Positions 22,380 through 32,689 of a stretch of DNA of 64,000 nt are shown here, piece by piece (position 1 is the stretch's first letter; each line of letters starts with the position of its first letter). Under the pieces are notes generated by a model that ran no database searches, was not told the DNA's origin, and saw only the letters and a list, made by a program, of their open reading frames with translations. A program made the position numbers and the translations under genes. Source of the stretch: Candidatus Latescibacterota bacterium (GTDB taxonomy: Bacteria > Latescibacterota > UBA2968 > UBA8231); the NCBI GenBank assembly GCA_965248265.1, contig CBDFJF010000002.1, positions 3,136,001-3,200,000 on the forward strand, read 5' to 3'.

Positions 22380-23750
22380 ATGAAGAAGCCTGAAGTCCAC
22401 GAGCTGAAGATCGAGGGGCTGACATCCCAGGGCGATGGTCTGGCTCGCTGGGGTGATCGTGAGGTAACCGTGGCAGGGGCTGTGCCTGGCGATCTCGTCG
22501 AAGCTTGGGTGGGACGCAGGAAGCGAAAGGGCAGGCACGTCGGGAGGCTGGAGCAGCTACTGGAGCAGGACATACCTCGACGCGATCCCCCGTGTCCTCA
22601 TTTCGGTGTTTGTGGTGGCTGTCGTTGGCAAAATATCGACTACGGGGAGCAGCTGCTGCTGAAGCAGAGGATGATTGTGGATGCCTTGAGCCAGTCCGGG
22701 GTTGTGGTGGAGACGACGGATACTCCCATCGCGAGCCCGGACGTATTCTTCTATAGAAACAAAATGGAATTTTCCTTCGGCCGCGGGTTCGAGGGGGAGC
22801 TACAGCTTGGACTGCATGTGCGTGAGCGCTACAATCGTGTTTTCAACCTGCACTCCTGCCAGCTTCAGTCTGAGCTGTCAAACCGAGTGGTTCGCTGCGT
22901 TCGCGATCAAGCAGAAGCGTTGCGACTTCCCGTCTACGATCTGCGTACCCACGAAGGTCTGCTGCGTTTTCTGGTCGTCCGCGACACCAAGGCGCGTGCC
23001 GGTATGCTGGTCAATCTCGTAGTCAGCACGTACCCGCATGATGGCATCGATGAATTGGTCTCCCAGGTGCTGCGAGAGGTGCCCGAGATCACGGATCTGG
23101 TGATCACGAAGCATTCGGGGAAAGCCCAGGTCGCCATCGGAGAGCAGGAATTTTTAATAAAGGGGGAGGGACGACTCCACGAGGCATGCGGTCTGCTGGA
23201 ATTCGAGATTTCACCGCAATCTTTCTTTCAGACCAACACGCAACAGGCAGGAAGGCTCTATTCACTGGTCGGCGAGATGATCGGAGACCAGGAGGGAGGC
23301 CACGTCCTCGATCTGTATTGTGGAACTGGTGGAACCACCCTTCACATTGCCCTCAGAGCACGCCGGGTTCTGGGTGTGGAGCAGGTTCCCGAGGCCGTTG
23401 TTGATGCTCGGCGTAACGCACAGCGGAATGGAATTTCAAACTGCGAATTCATCGCCGGATCGGCAGAATCGGTTCTGGACGGCCTATGTACTCAGGGTCG
23501 CAGGTTTGATGTGATCGTCGTCGATCCCCCCAGACCGGGTGTGCACAAGGATGCGATGAAGCAGATTCTGCGTCTCAATCCTCCCGTCATCATCTATGTA
23601 TCCTGCAATCCGTATTCGATGGCGAAGGATTTGAGCCAATTCTGTGTATCCGAATACCGGGTCGGGAGGCTACAACCGATCGATCTGTTTCCACACACTC
23701 CGCATTGCGAGGTCGTTGCGCGACTTGTAGGTAAGGCCAGTGGCAGTTGA
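22380..23750 (+). CDS. rlmD: 23S rRNA m5U methyltransferase (RlmD/RumA family, TRAM domain and 4Fe-4S)
   Basis: CPHFGVCGGC, YRNK, SFFQ, DLYCGTG, DPPR, YVSCNP and DLFPHTPHCE motifs. Confidence 0.93.
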   Translation: MKKPEVHELKIEGLTSQGDGLARWGDREVTVAGAVPGDLVEAWVGRRKRKGRHVGRLEQLLEQDIPRRDPPCPHFGVCGGCRWQNIDYGEQLLLKQRMIVDALSQSGVVVETTDTPIASPDVFFYRNKMEFSFGRGFEGELQLGLHVRERYNRVFNLHSCQLQSELSNRVVRCVRDQAEALRLPVYDLRTHEGLLRFLVVRDTKARAGMLVNLVVSTYPHDGIDELVSQVLREVPEITDLVITKHSGKAQVAIGEQEFLIKGEGRLHEACGLLEFEISPQSFFQTNTQQAGRLYSLVGEMIGDQEGGHVLDLYCGTGGTTLHIALRARRVLGVEQVPEAVVDARRNAQRNGISNCEFIAGSAESVLDGLCTQGRRFDVIVVDPPRPGVHKDAMKQILRLNPPVIIYVSCNPYSMAKDLSQFCVSEYRVGRLQPIDLFPHTPHCEVVARLVGKASGS

Positions 23751-23821
23751 CCAAACCATTGTTTTATATTACTGTTACAGCAAAGTAGGAACCAAAATCG
23801 GAGCACATAAGGCAGGTTTGT

Positions 23822-25234
23822 ATGGGCAAAGACAACGGCGAACAGACAGTCAAGAAGAAGAAAAAGAAGAAGGGCAAAGCGTCCGCCTCCTCAGACGGTG
23901 AGTCGAAGCCGAACGGCTCTGAGAAGCCAGCGAAGGAGAAAAAGGAGCGTAAACCCTTTTCTCGCCCGGATCTGTTCACGAAGGCCAAGGATTTGCAGAT
24001 CCTGTTTCAGGCTTTCCGCGATGGGGAAGTCAGTGCCGCCATTCTCAGGCCGAGATTACAGACGGAGTCTGTCGAGCACGGCCGCGGGGCTGGTATAGTC
24101 CGGAATTTCGGCTTTCGCAAGTTCAAAGAGGTACCCAAGGCCGTTCTGTACATGAACGTCCCCAGTTCCAAGGGAGGCGGCGCCTTCGAACCGACTGACC
24201 GCTTGCTGAATCCAGGTGAGCAGATGCGGTTGACGTATACGACTACGGTAGACGGCGCCGACGGGCCGATTTTCTTCCTCGCCAAGGGATTTTTTCTACG
24301 CAAAAGCTTCTACGTCCCTGAAGACCCCCAAAATCCGGGAAAACCGTGGACTGGACCTCGAGACGAAGCGGAGAAAAAGTTTTCGAAAGACGTTATGGTC
24401 CGGGGGGACGATGTCATAGAGATACGGATCGATGCAGTGAACAGCTTTCCTGGGGGGCCGGGTAGAACAGACAGAAATGTTCTGGAGCGATACCTGAGTG
24501 CTGCCTCCTTGTACGTTTTTCCCGGCGGTGGTGGGTGGAATCAGAAAAGCACTCAGGGTAATTTCTTCGATGCCATTCGTGATCCTCTCGACAAGTACAT
24601 CGAGCGCGAGGATCTCAAGGTTATCGACAAGGTTACCATCGATGAGTTCGGCAACCTGGGAGAGGTCACTCTCATGATCAAGGAGCGTCTGCTGGCTGAT
24701 GTCGAGCATGAGGTGGCGCGTCCGAGCGTGGTGAAGAATCCGGAGAAGCATGTTGGTGAAATCAACATGAAGCTCGGGTTTCTGCTGAAGTTCAAGGTAG
24801 ATGATGCGATAGGGGAGTCCTTGATGCGGACTTTCCCCAAGAAAGCCGGTAAGGCGGAGGACATTTATCTGCCCCTGATTCTCGAAAATGTGGCGAATGC
24901 CCGCGAGCAATTCAGAGTCACCTTCCTGGTCTTTCCGCGTGACCTGATCGAGGAACGTTCGCGAACGAGTATGGAGCGAGGGCTGAAGTTCATGCCTCCC
25001 TACGCATTGCACCAGGGTTCTGAGAATCAGAACACCTACAGCAAATTACTGATCTTGTTGAATCAGCGATTCAGGGAAGACGAAAAGCCGGAAGAGGACA
25101 AGCTCAAGAGCGAAAAACTTCAAGCCTCAGTCGAAAAGCGGATTGCCGATCGGCGCTCCGCCTTTACAGACGACAAGGTCAAGTCGGCCTTCAGTGACCG
25201 CGTGTCGGCGAAGAAGCGGAAAGAAGAAGGTTAG
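23822..25234 (+). CDS. Hypothetical cytoplasmic protein with Lys-rich N-terminus; possible degenerate paralog of the convergent PilZ-like gene
   Basis: 470-aa ORF; AVLYM...LLNPGEQMRLTY resembles DVLYL...NLHPGEKILARF of 25345-26837. Confidence 0.75.
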   Translation: MGKDNGEQTVKKKKKKKGKASASSDGESKPNGSEKPAKEKKERKPFSRPDLFTKAKDLQILFQAFRDGEVSAAILRPRLQTESVEHGRGAGIVRNFGFRKFKEVPKAVLYMNVPSSKGGGAFEPTDRLLNPGEQMRLTYTTTVDGADGPIFFLAKGFFLRKSFYVPEDPQNPGKPWTGPRDEAEKKFSKDVMVRGDDVIEIRIDAVNSFPGGPGRTDRNVLERYLSAASLYVFPGGGGWNQKSTQGNFFDAIRDPLDKYIEREDLKVIDKVTIDEFGNLGEVTLMIKERLLADVEHEVARPSVVKNPEKHVGEINMKLGFLLKFKVDDAIGESLMRTFPKKAGKAEDIYLPLILENVANAREQFRVTFLVFPRDLIEERSRTSMERGLKFMPPYALHQGSENQNTYSKLLILLNQRFREDEKPEEDKLKSEKLQASVEKRIADRRSAFTDDKVKSAFSDRVSAKKRKEEG

Positions 25235-25264
25235 GGCAGGCAGGTAGGGGGGCAGGAGGTACAG

Positions 25265-25317
25265 AGAGTAGCGGTGGCGTCAGGCGTGACACGTTTGCCT
25301 GACTCCACCGCTACTCT
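25265..25317. terminator. Long stem-loop between convergent genes (probable bidirectional terminator)
   Basis: AGAGTAGCGGTGGcGTCAGGC...GCCTGACtCCACCGCTACTCT, ~21-bp stem. Confidence 0.75.
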
Positions 25318-25344
25318 AATGTAACTACCTTCCGCGGCCGGGAA

Positions 25345-26837
25345 TTAGGCCGGTGCGGCCCGACTGCGCTGCAGGTCTTTCGCCCGGTTTTCGAGATGAC
25401 CGATCAACTGGCTCAAATGGGTGTGCGTTTCGCGAAGATAAACATTGTCCTTCATGAAACGCGTGTAGCGCCAATTGACCATTTCGTCCTCCTCGAGCGG
25501 GACGCCCTGTGGATCGTAGGCAAACTGGATGCCGTGCTGGAGGACCCTTTTCTCCGCCACGCGCGCCACGTGGGTGCGTACGACCTGGCCGATGATGGAG
25601 AACTTGGAGGGTAATTCCGGCTCGAATTTCTTGACGGCGTCAGGAAAGTGGAGCCGTGGGTAAATGTGAACTGAATCATCGGTACCCGCATCGCCTCGAA
25701 TGCCTTCTGCCAGTAGTCGCCTTCGAATTCAATTTCCTCATCCACGTTCGGCGGACATTCATCTCCCAGAGCCATCTTGAGGAACTCGGGACTGCTTTCG
25801 ATGAGCAGCCCACCGATGCTGTAGTCGACGAGTCCAATCGGTAGCCCGGTTTCTTCACGCATAAACTCGAGCGGTCTGACCACCTCGTTTTGCGTGCGTG
25901 CTTCCATAACCTCGCACAGCATCTCGTAGTGCGTCTGGTCCTCGGAGAAGCGAGCGAGGATCTTCTCTCCCGGATGCAGATTGTAGGGGTTGTCCTGACC
26001 CTTCTTGATGCCGGCCTTGTTGGATTTCTTCAGGTACAGAACGTCACGCAGCGATTCCATCTCGAGTCCGAGGATGTTGATCTCGCCAAGGAGCAGCTCC
26101 TCGTCCGGTTTCTTGACCATGCCGGAAGACTGGTCACGCACAACCTTGGTTACTCCAACAAGGCGTTCATGCACGTTCTTGCGCAGCATGACATCGCGGA
26201 ATTCGTTTATTCCATCCCGGGTAGTGAAGGGTCGGTGATTGTCCAGTTCCTTGTACGGCCTAGGCTGCAGGTCGTTGAGGAGAACCGTTGGGGCCCCCTC
26301 CATGGCAAACTCGTGATTCGTCGATTTGACGAAGAGGTCGAATCCTATATGTGTGGTCAACGGTATTCTGGAGTCGCCATAATTTTGAACCGCGTAGCGG
26401 TAATACTGACGCTTTTCCTGCTTGGCGATCCGGCTGATGGGCAGCAGCTTGTATGCCGACTTGGCGTTGAAGTCGAGAGTCTCGACGATTTCGGGTAACA
26501 GTCGAAAGCGTCCAACCACCTTGCATTCCATCCGATGGGGGACACGGCGACTGGAGAACTGGAGTTTGATGGTCTTATTCGCCAGGGCCTGGTCCGACTC
26601 GACACTCTTGAGGTTGTCAGGAGCGGTGATGTATAGGTTGCTACCCTCAGTGTACAGTTTCTTGTCGCGCCGCAGGAAAAACGCCTTGCCCAGATCCTCC
26701 AAGTCATCGTCATCGACCCCCGGTTTGGCCATGTACACGAGAGTCGATGGCGGGCTGAGCGCACCGAGGGCGGCGATCTCGACAGCGGGATCGAAGCTCT
26801 TTACGCCCTTCTTTTTTCTTGAGAAGAAGTCGAACAT
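25345..26837 (-). pseudogene. PilZ-domain (c-di-GMP receptor-like) protein with a 1-bp frameshift near 25662
   Basis: KRQYYR (RxxxR) and DYSIGG (DxSxxG); adding one T (TTT TAC) joins the two ORFs as FTFYPRLHF...IIGQVVRTH...HGIQF. Confidence 0.7.
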
Positions 26838-26947
26838 TACATCGTATTCCGTGGATGGATCAAGTTGAAGAACAATACAGCTGGTGGCGAGGCAGGCTTT
26901 CCGTATTCACTCTTAAGTCCTCTATCTTACCTAATTTACCACAATTT

Positions 26948-26975
26948 AAGATAGGTAGTGCGCGAAATGTGTCAA
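26948..26975 (-). promoter_or_regulatory. Putative sigma70 promoter for the PilZ-like gene
   Basis: Minus strand TTGACA-N16-TATCTT in an AT-rich intergenic region. Confidence 0.45.
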
Positions 26976-27215
26976 GTTTTCGTTGTTGCTACAGTTTGAC
27001 GAGTTGCAGCTTACCCGACCGATCGGCACTCGACTGGGCACGCGCAGTGGAACAGCAAAAAGGAAAACTCCCTTTCAAAGTCCATACCGCGGGCTCTGCT
27101 GCTCGGTCTGGTCGCGTGTGTTGTCGCTGCGTTGATAATTCTTAAGTTATTGAAATCAATTCAATTAAGCAGTTTTTACTGCCAGTGACAGTGACCTGGA
27201 TGAGGCGTTAGTATC

Positions 27216-28595
27216 GTGAGTGAGGAAGACAAGGCGACCCTATCGAGGGTGCTGGTGGTGATGCCGGAGGACGGCACGACAAGAGAGTTGCTTGCCTATC
27301 TGGAGCGGCGGGCACTCGAGGTGTTGTGGGTCAGGGAGGGGCCGGCAGCCTTCGATATTTTGGATGCGGATCCCCCGGTGGATGCCCTTATCTGCGATCT
27401 GCGACATGAACGCATTGACGGCCTGCGAGTTATACAGGTCGGATTGAGGCGCAACAGCAGTCTGTGTGCCATCGTGATCGCGAACGTGGACGAGATCGAA
27501 TTGGGCACGGAAGCGATGCGACAAGGGGCCTACGATTTTCAGGTTCGACCCCTCAATCTACCCAAGATCAGTGCTGTCCTGGATCGCGGTTTGTCCTATC
27601 AGCGATTGATGGGTGAGGTATCCGAGCTTCAACGTCGTCTGGATGAGCGTTACCGGATGGGAGGGATCGCGAGGCGGTCGCCGCACTGGCAGCGCATCTA
27701 CAATCAGATCGAGCAAGTAGCACAGTCGAAGGCCACCGTTCTGCTTTCAGGCGAGACCGGCACGGGTAAAGGGGAGATTGCCAAAGCGATACATCAACAG
27801 AGCCGCAGGCGCGAGCGTCCGTTCGTCGAGATCAACGGTGGTGCGCTTCCCGATGGAATCGTGGAGAGCGAGCTCTTCGGCCACGAAAAAGGCGCCTTCA
27901 CTGGTGCGGCTACTTCTCATAAAGGCCGTTTTGAACTAGCCGACATGGGAACCCTGTTCCTCGATGAAGTAGGTGATCTGTCGCCACCGACGCAGGTGAA
28001 GATTCTGCGGGTCATCCAGGCTGGCGAGTTCGAGCGCGTCGGTGGAACACATACGCACAAGGTGGATGTGCGTCTTATCACGGCGACGAACCGTGATCTC
28101 GAATCGATGGTCGAGCAAGGTGGCTTCCGCGCCGATCTGTTCTACCGGTTGAACGTCGTTAGGATTGAGGTTCCTCCCTTGCGGGAATGTCCAGATGACA
28201 TTCCCATTCTCATCGATGAATTTGTCCATCAATTCTCGACGGAAAATGACAAAGCGATCAACGGGCTGACCTCGGAGGCGTCGGACGCATTGCTGCAGTA
28301 CGACTGGCCGGGCAACGTGAGGGAGCTGAAGAACTGTCTGGAAGGAATGGTGGTGATGAGCAAGGGGGAGGGAGAGCCACTGGATCTGATCGATGTTCCG
28401 AGTCAGATCAGGCGCAGTGCTCCGCGCCACGATGATACGGCATCGCGCTTTGGTCTGACGATGAAGGAGATCGAGAGGAAGGCCATCACCGATACCCTGG
28501 CATCGGTCGGCCAGGATCGTCGGCAAGCCGCTGAAGTTCTACAGATTGGTTTGAGCACGCTCTACCGGAAACTGAAGGAGTACGACATTCCGTGA
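27216..28595 (+). CDS. Sigma54-dependent activator (NtrC/AtoC family; atypical receiver, AAA+, Fis HTH)
   Basis: GETGTGK, ESELFGHEKGAFTGA, FLDEVG, WPGNVREL and C-terminal HTH (STLYRKL). Confidence 0.95.
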   Translation: MSEEDKATLSRVLVVMPEDGTTRELLAYLERRALEVLWVREGPAAFDILDADPPVDALICDLRHERIDGLRVIQVGLRRNSSLCAIVIANVDEIELGTEAMRQGAYDFQVRPLNLPKISAVLDRGLSYQRLMGEVSELQRRLDERYRMGGIARRSPHWQRIYNQIEQVAQSKATVLLSGETGTGKGEIAKAIHQQSRRRERPFVEINGGALPDGIVESELFGHEKGAFTGAATSHKGRFELADMGTLFLDEVGDLSPPTQVKILRVIQAGEFERVGGTHTHKVDVRLITATNRDLESMVEQGGFRADLFYRLNVVRIEVPPLRECPDDIPILIDEFVHQFSTENDKAINGLTSEASDALLQYDWPGNVRELKNCLEGMVVMSKGEGEPLDLIDVPSQIRRSAPRHDDTASRFGLTMKEIERKAITDTLASVGQDRRQAAEVLQIGLSTLYRKLKEYDIP

Positions 28596-28598
28596 GGG

Positions 28599-30107
28599 TC
28601 AGGGACTCGCGTCGCCAAAACGGCGTTTGATCAGCTGGTTTAACGCTGCCTGCGGATCTCGTAATACATCAGCGGTGATGACGAATTCCTCGAGCTCTAA
28701 CAGTTTCAGCCCGTGTCCATAGTCGTGCAGAGCTTCTCGACATGTCGCGACAGGCAACTCGTCCCGTGCCGCTGCCATCTCTTTTGCCGCCTTCTTCGCT
28801 GACTCGTCGAACATCAGCGTGATTCCGTGCTCCATCTGGAAACTGTCGATGAAGGCTGTCAGCGATTGATCGATCAACAGTTGTCGCAGGTGCTTCTCTG
28901 GCTCTCGGACGAGTCCGTCGTCGACGGTTAATGATTCGATGTCCGATGAGGGCAACTTGCACTCGAAGCTCAGCAGTGCCTTCTCGATGGCGCTGACGAG
29001 GCCGCGTGCTCCGGTGTGCTCCTGAAAGGCGCGTTCGGCCAGCACGGCCAACGAGTCCTCGGTGAAGGTAAGGTCAATGCCGTAGGACTTGAAGTCTCGT
29101 TTCTTCGAGAGGATGACACTGCTTTTGGGGTTGCTGAGGATCAGGAACAGATCGTCTTGGCTGAGTCCATCGAGGACGGCGACCACGGGCAGGCGCCCGA
29201 CGAATTCTGATTCGAAGCCGTACTCGATCAGGTCTTCGGCGCGCACCTGTGCCAGTAGGCTCTCAGTTCCCGCCTGGTTTTCCACACGCTCGTCATCGGT
29301 AGGCGCTTGGGGAAGGGAGAACCCCATGCTGCCGCTGTTCACTCGCCGTGCAATGATGTCATTCAACCCGGCAAAAGCACCGCTGACGACGAAGAGGATA
29401 TTGCGGGTGTTGATTTTCTTGCGTTCCATCTTGCCGGTTTTCTGAAGCTGAATGACCGATTCCATCTGAGACGAGATATCGTTCGGTGCCTTGAGGTCGA
29501 CGTCGGTCTCCTCCATCAGTTTGAGCAGGTTGCGCTGGACACCCGAGCGGGAAACGTCGGGTCCCGTGGTGTCGCGCGAGGAGGCGATTTTGTCGATTTC
29601 GTCAATGTAGATGATGCCGTGCTGCGCCAGCTCCATATCGCCGTCTGCTTCGGCGACGAGTTCACGAACGAGATCCTCGACATCGCCACCGACGTACCCG
29701 GTCTCACTGAACTTCGTCGCGTCGGCCTTGACGAATGGGACTCCCAGGCGGCGGGCGATCAACTTGATGATGTAGGTCTTGCCCACGCCGGTGGGGCCGA
29801 TCATGAGGATGTTGTTTTTTATGTTGCCTACAAGGTCCTCTTCATTCTCGAGCGGCAGTTTCAGGCGGTTGAAGTGGGTACAGATTTTGGTGGCCAAGAT
29901 CGCTTTGGCGGGATCCTGACGGATGACGAACTCGTCGAGGTAGGCGATCAATTCTTCGGGCTTGACGTCGAATTGCAGGCGTTCGGAGGCGGAGACGGTG
30001 TGCGATCCCTCACCCGAGCTGGCGGCTTCAGGCTCAGCAGTGGACGCGGGCTCATCTTGTTGTTGACTGGCAAGCAGTTCCCGGAGTTTTTCCGGATCCA
30101 GTCCCAT
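28599..30107 (-). CDS. ClpX-like AAA+ ATPase lacking the N-terminal Zn-binding domain
   Basis: NILMIGPTGVGKT, ADATKFSETGYVGGDVE, IDEIDKI, DVSRSGVQ, EFVGRLP and GARGL; probable start MGLDPEKL at 30107. Confidence 0.88.
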   Translation of the reverse strand: MGLDPEKLRELLASQQQDEPASTAEPEAASSGEGSHTVSASERLQFDVKPEELIAYLDEFVIRQDPAKAILATKICTHFNRLKLPLENEEDLVGNIKNNILMIGPTGVGKTYIIKLIARRLGVPFVKADATKFSETGYVGGDVEDLVRELVAEADGDMELAQHGIIYIDEIDKIASSRDTTGPDVSRSGVQRNLLKLMEETDVDLKAPNDISSQMESVIQLQKTGKMERKKINTRNILFVVSGAFAGLNDIIARRVNSGSMGFSLPQAPTDDERVENQAGTESLLAQVRAEDLIEYGFESEFVGRLPVVAVLDGLSQDDLFLILSNPKSSVILSKKRDFKSYGIDLTFTEDSLAVLAERAFQEHTGARGLVSAIEKALLSFECKLPSSDIESLTVDDGLVREPEKHLRQLLIDQSLTAFIDSFQMEHGITLMFDESAKKAAKEMAAARDELPVATCREALHDYGHGLKLLELEEFVITADVLRDPQAALNQLIKRRFGDASP

Positions 30108-30403
30108 TTTCTCGAGTCGTATGTTCACCGGGTTGGCTCTTCGAATTTGACTTGCTGTAGATGGGCTATCGACTAATCTGTGTGGAATATACTGGGCTGG
30201 TGATGCCTCGACAACACAACTTGACCGCCATGTGCGATTGCAATAGATTCGGCGCCACCCCTCACAGCGCTCCAGGGCGTTGGCCGCATGGACGCGGTAC
30301 GCTTCCTTCCCATTTCCTCTCCCGGGGCGCTCTTCGAGCGCCACGCGATGTGCGTTTCTCATGTGCCCGCTCGCAGCTCGAACGCAAATGCAGAGCTCGG
30401 CCA

Positions 30404-32689
30404 ATGACCGGTCTTAGTCAATCGATGGCACCGCGGTGCCGTCGTTCACGTTTTGGAATCCGCCCGGTCACGATAGTCTTGACGGTGATGTCGGCGATCT
30501 GGCATCAACCGACCAGTGCGCAGTTGGCTGAGGAGACCTACCTGGTTGAAGCAGAGCGGTTCTTCGAACGCGGCTTGGAGGTATACGACAAAGAGGCGTT
30601 CGACAAGGCACGCGTCCAATTTGAGAAGATCAGTGAGCTGCCCACCAATCAGAGATCCAGTGCCGGCCTGCTGATGCTGGGGAGAACCCTGTTCCGACTG
30701 GGGCAGTATGAAGAGGCGCGCCAGGTGACGCGACGCCTGGAACGGGAATTCGAGGGAAGCCGCTACAGCGCGGATGCCAGCCTGATCATGGGGGACGCCT
30801 TCTATCAGGAGCAGCGTTTCTTCGAGGCAGCCAGACGCTACGTTCGTGTGCTGGGCACACCGTCCCCCCTGAGAGTCCAGGCCAGCGCAGCCGAGCGTCT
30901 TGCCGCCATCGTCAGGAACGGGGACATCGATCCCCAGGGCGTCGACCGCCTTCGCATGATAACAGGTCCGGCTCTGTTGCGAGACGCCCTGCTCTTTGGA
31001 GACGCACGCTGGTACGCTCGTCTGGGTTGGAGGGAACAAAGTCGAGTTGCCATGGGAACCTATCTGGGTGCCCTTCCCGACGGAGTCTTTGCGCGATTCG
31101 CGCGCAGTAACCTGGCGGGAGATGGTGGCTGGGTGCCTGCGGCGGAGCATCTGACACAGCCACCGGCCCCTGCTCTTGAGCCGGTTGAGGCGGACTTTTC
31201 GCCGCGACCCAGTGCCCCACCAACCCGTGTCGGCCTCAGGATACCATCACTGGCCGATGGGCTGTCGGAGCGTTCGCGAGTGAGGCCCTTCTCGCTCACC
31301 AGCGAAGAGCTCAGCTTGTCGACCCGGCCGCGCCTGGGGATCATTCTGCCGTTGAGCGGAGATCAATTTCCGTCTGCCGAGGAGGTGCTGGACGGGATCG
31401 TCATGGCGAATGACGAAATGGGACAGCCATTCGATCTGATCCTGGCAGACACCGGACACGATTTTGGTACGGTGCCGATCAAGCAGAGCGAACCCAGCCG
31501 GCTCATCCACACGGTCAGGGTCGCCGAGGAGCTTATCGATCGATGGGGAGTCGTGGCCCTGATCGGTCCTCTCTTCAGTACGTCATGCACGGCGGCTGCC
31601 TCCGTCGCGGAAGCCGCAGGCGTGCCCCTGATTTCGCCGCTCGCGCAACAGAGCGGTCTGGACTCGCTGGGACAGTATATCTTCCAACTGCGCACAGTAC
31701 CGGAGGTACAGGGTCAGGTGTTGGCTGAATACGCCACCCTGGTTCTTGGGTTGCAGACCTTTGCTGTTCTGTCGCCTCTGACCGACTACGGCTGGAACTT
31801 TGAGCGCGCCTTCAGCGCCTCGGCGCGTGCCAACGGGGGGGTGATCGTCCATAGCGACTGGTACCACCCGGATGCTACAGACTACCAGGCGCAATTTGAC
31901 TCGATCAGGATGGCGGGTTTCGAACTGATGCCCTCTCCCAGCAAAGAGGATAGTTTGGCCGTGCTGGATTCGCTGTCCCAAGCCGTCCTCGACACCTCGC
32001 TGGCCGGTGACGGCCTTTTCTGGGAGATGGTCGGCGACAACGATTTCCTGACCGAACCGCCAGACTCAACGGAACTGTTCATATACACGATTGATGGGAT
32101 CGTCGTCGTCGTTGAACGGTTTGCCGAAGCGGAAGTGATCGCGCCTCAAATTCCGTTCAAGCGGCTCGTCACGCAGGTCTTGGGCAACGATTTGTGGTAT
32201 GATCCAGAGGCACTGATGGAGATGGGGCCCCGTGACCGGGCCAACATGGAAAACACCGTTATCGTTTCGGGCCGAGGCGTCAAGGGAGAGGAGGCGACGC
32301 GGTTCACGGCGAACTTTCGCAGGCGGTTCGAGACGGATCCAGGCTATGCCGCGTACGGGTATGACGCAGCCAGGATCCTCGGTGCGGCGTGGGACGAAGG
32401 CTACCGAACGCGTGACAGCTTGCGGGCCTGGCTGTCAGCGTTGCGCGGCTTCGAGGGCGCATCCGGGCGCATAAGTTTCTCCGATGCACGTCGGGTTAAC
32501 GGCGAGTTGATCCTTCTCAAGATCGGTGCCAACGGTGTCATCCGCCCAATGAGCACGGAGGATCTGCCCACGGTCAAAATTCCAGATGATGAGCTGCCGG
32601 AGGCTGCCTTGGAGTTGGATCTCGACTATGACCTGGATTTCCTACCGGACCCGGCAGACACCAGCGGAATGACGGAACAAACCTTCTGA
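30404..32689 (+). CDS. TPR plus type-I periplasmic binding fold protein (LpoA/LppC-like); start uncertain
   Basis: Hydrophobic N-terminal segment, TPR helices, LGIILPLSG, ALIGPLFS, AAYGYDA and GFEGASGRISF. Confidence 0.8.
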   Translation: MTGLSQSMAPRCRRSRFGIRPVTIVLTVMSAIWHQPTSAQLAEETYLVEAERFFERGLEVYDKEAFDKARVQFEKISELPTNQRSSAGLLMLGRTLFRLGQYEEARQVTRRLEREFEGSRYSADASLIMGDAFYQEQRFFEAARRYVRVLGTPSPLRVQASAAERLAAIVRNGDIDPQGVDRLRMITGPALLRDALLFGDARWYARLGWREQSRVAMGTYLGALPDGVFARFARSNLAGDGGWVPAAEHLTQPPAPALEPVEADFSPRPSAPPTRVGLRIPSLADGLSERSRVRPFSLTSEELSLSTRPRLGIILPLSGDQFPSAEEVLDGIVMANDEMGQPFDLILADTGHDFGTVPIKQSEPSRLIHTVRVAEELIDRWGVVALIGPLFSTSCTAAASVAEAAGVPLISPLAQQSGLDSLGQYIFQLRTVPEVQGQVLAEYATLVLGLQTFAVLSPLTDYGWNFERAFSASARANGGVIVHSDWYHPDATDYQAQFDSIRMAGFELMPSPSKEDSLAVLDSLSQAVLDTSLAGDGLFWEMVGDNDFLTEPPDSTELFIYTIDGIVVVVERFAEAEVIAPQIPFKRLVTQVLGNDLWYDPEALMEMGPRDRANMENTVIVSGRGVKGEEATRFTANFRRRFETDPGYAAYGYDAARILGAAWDEGYRTRDSLRAWLSALRGFEGASGRISFSDARRVNGELILLKIGANGVIRPMSTEDLPTVKIPDDELPEAALELDLDYDLDFLPDPADTSGMTEQTF

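Noticed and set aside
30107-30404. Long N-terminal extensions given by the ORF track for the ClpX-like and LpoA-like genes
   Set aside because: The two extensions would overlap head to head and look non-coding. Downstream ATGs fit better.
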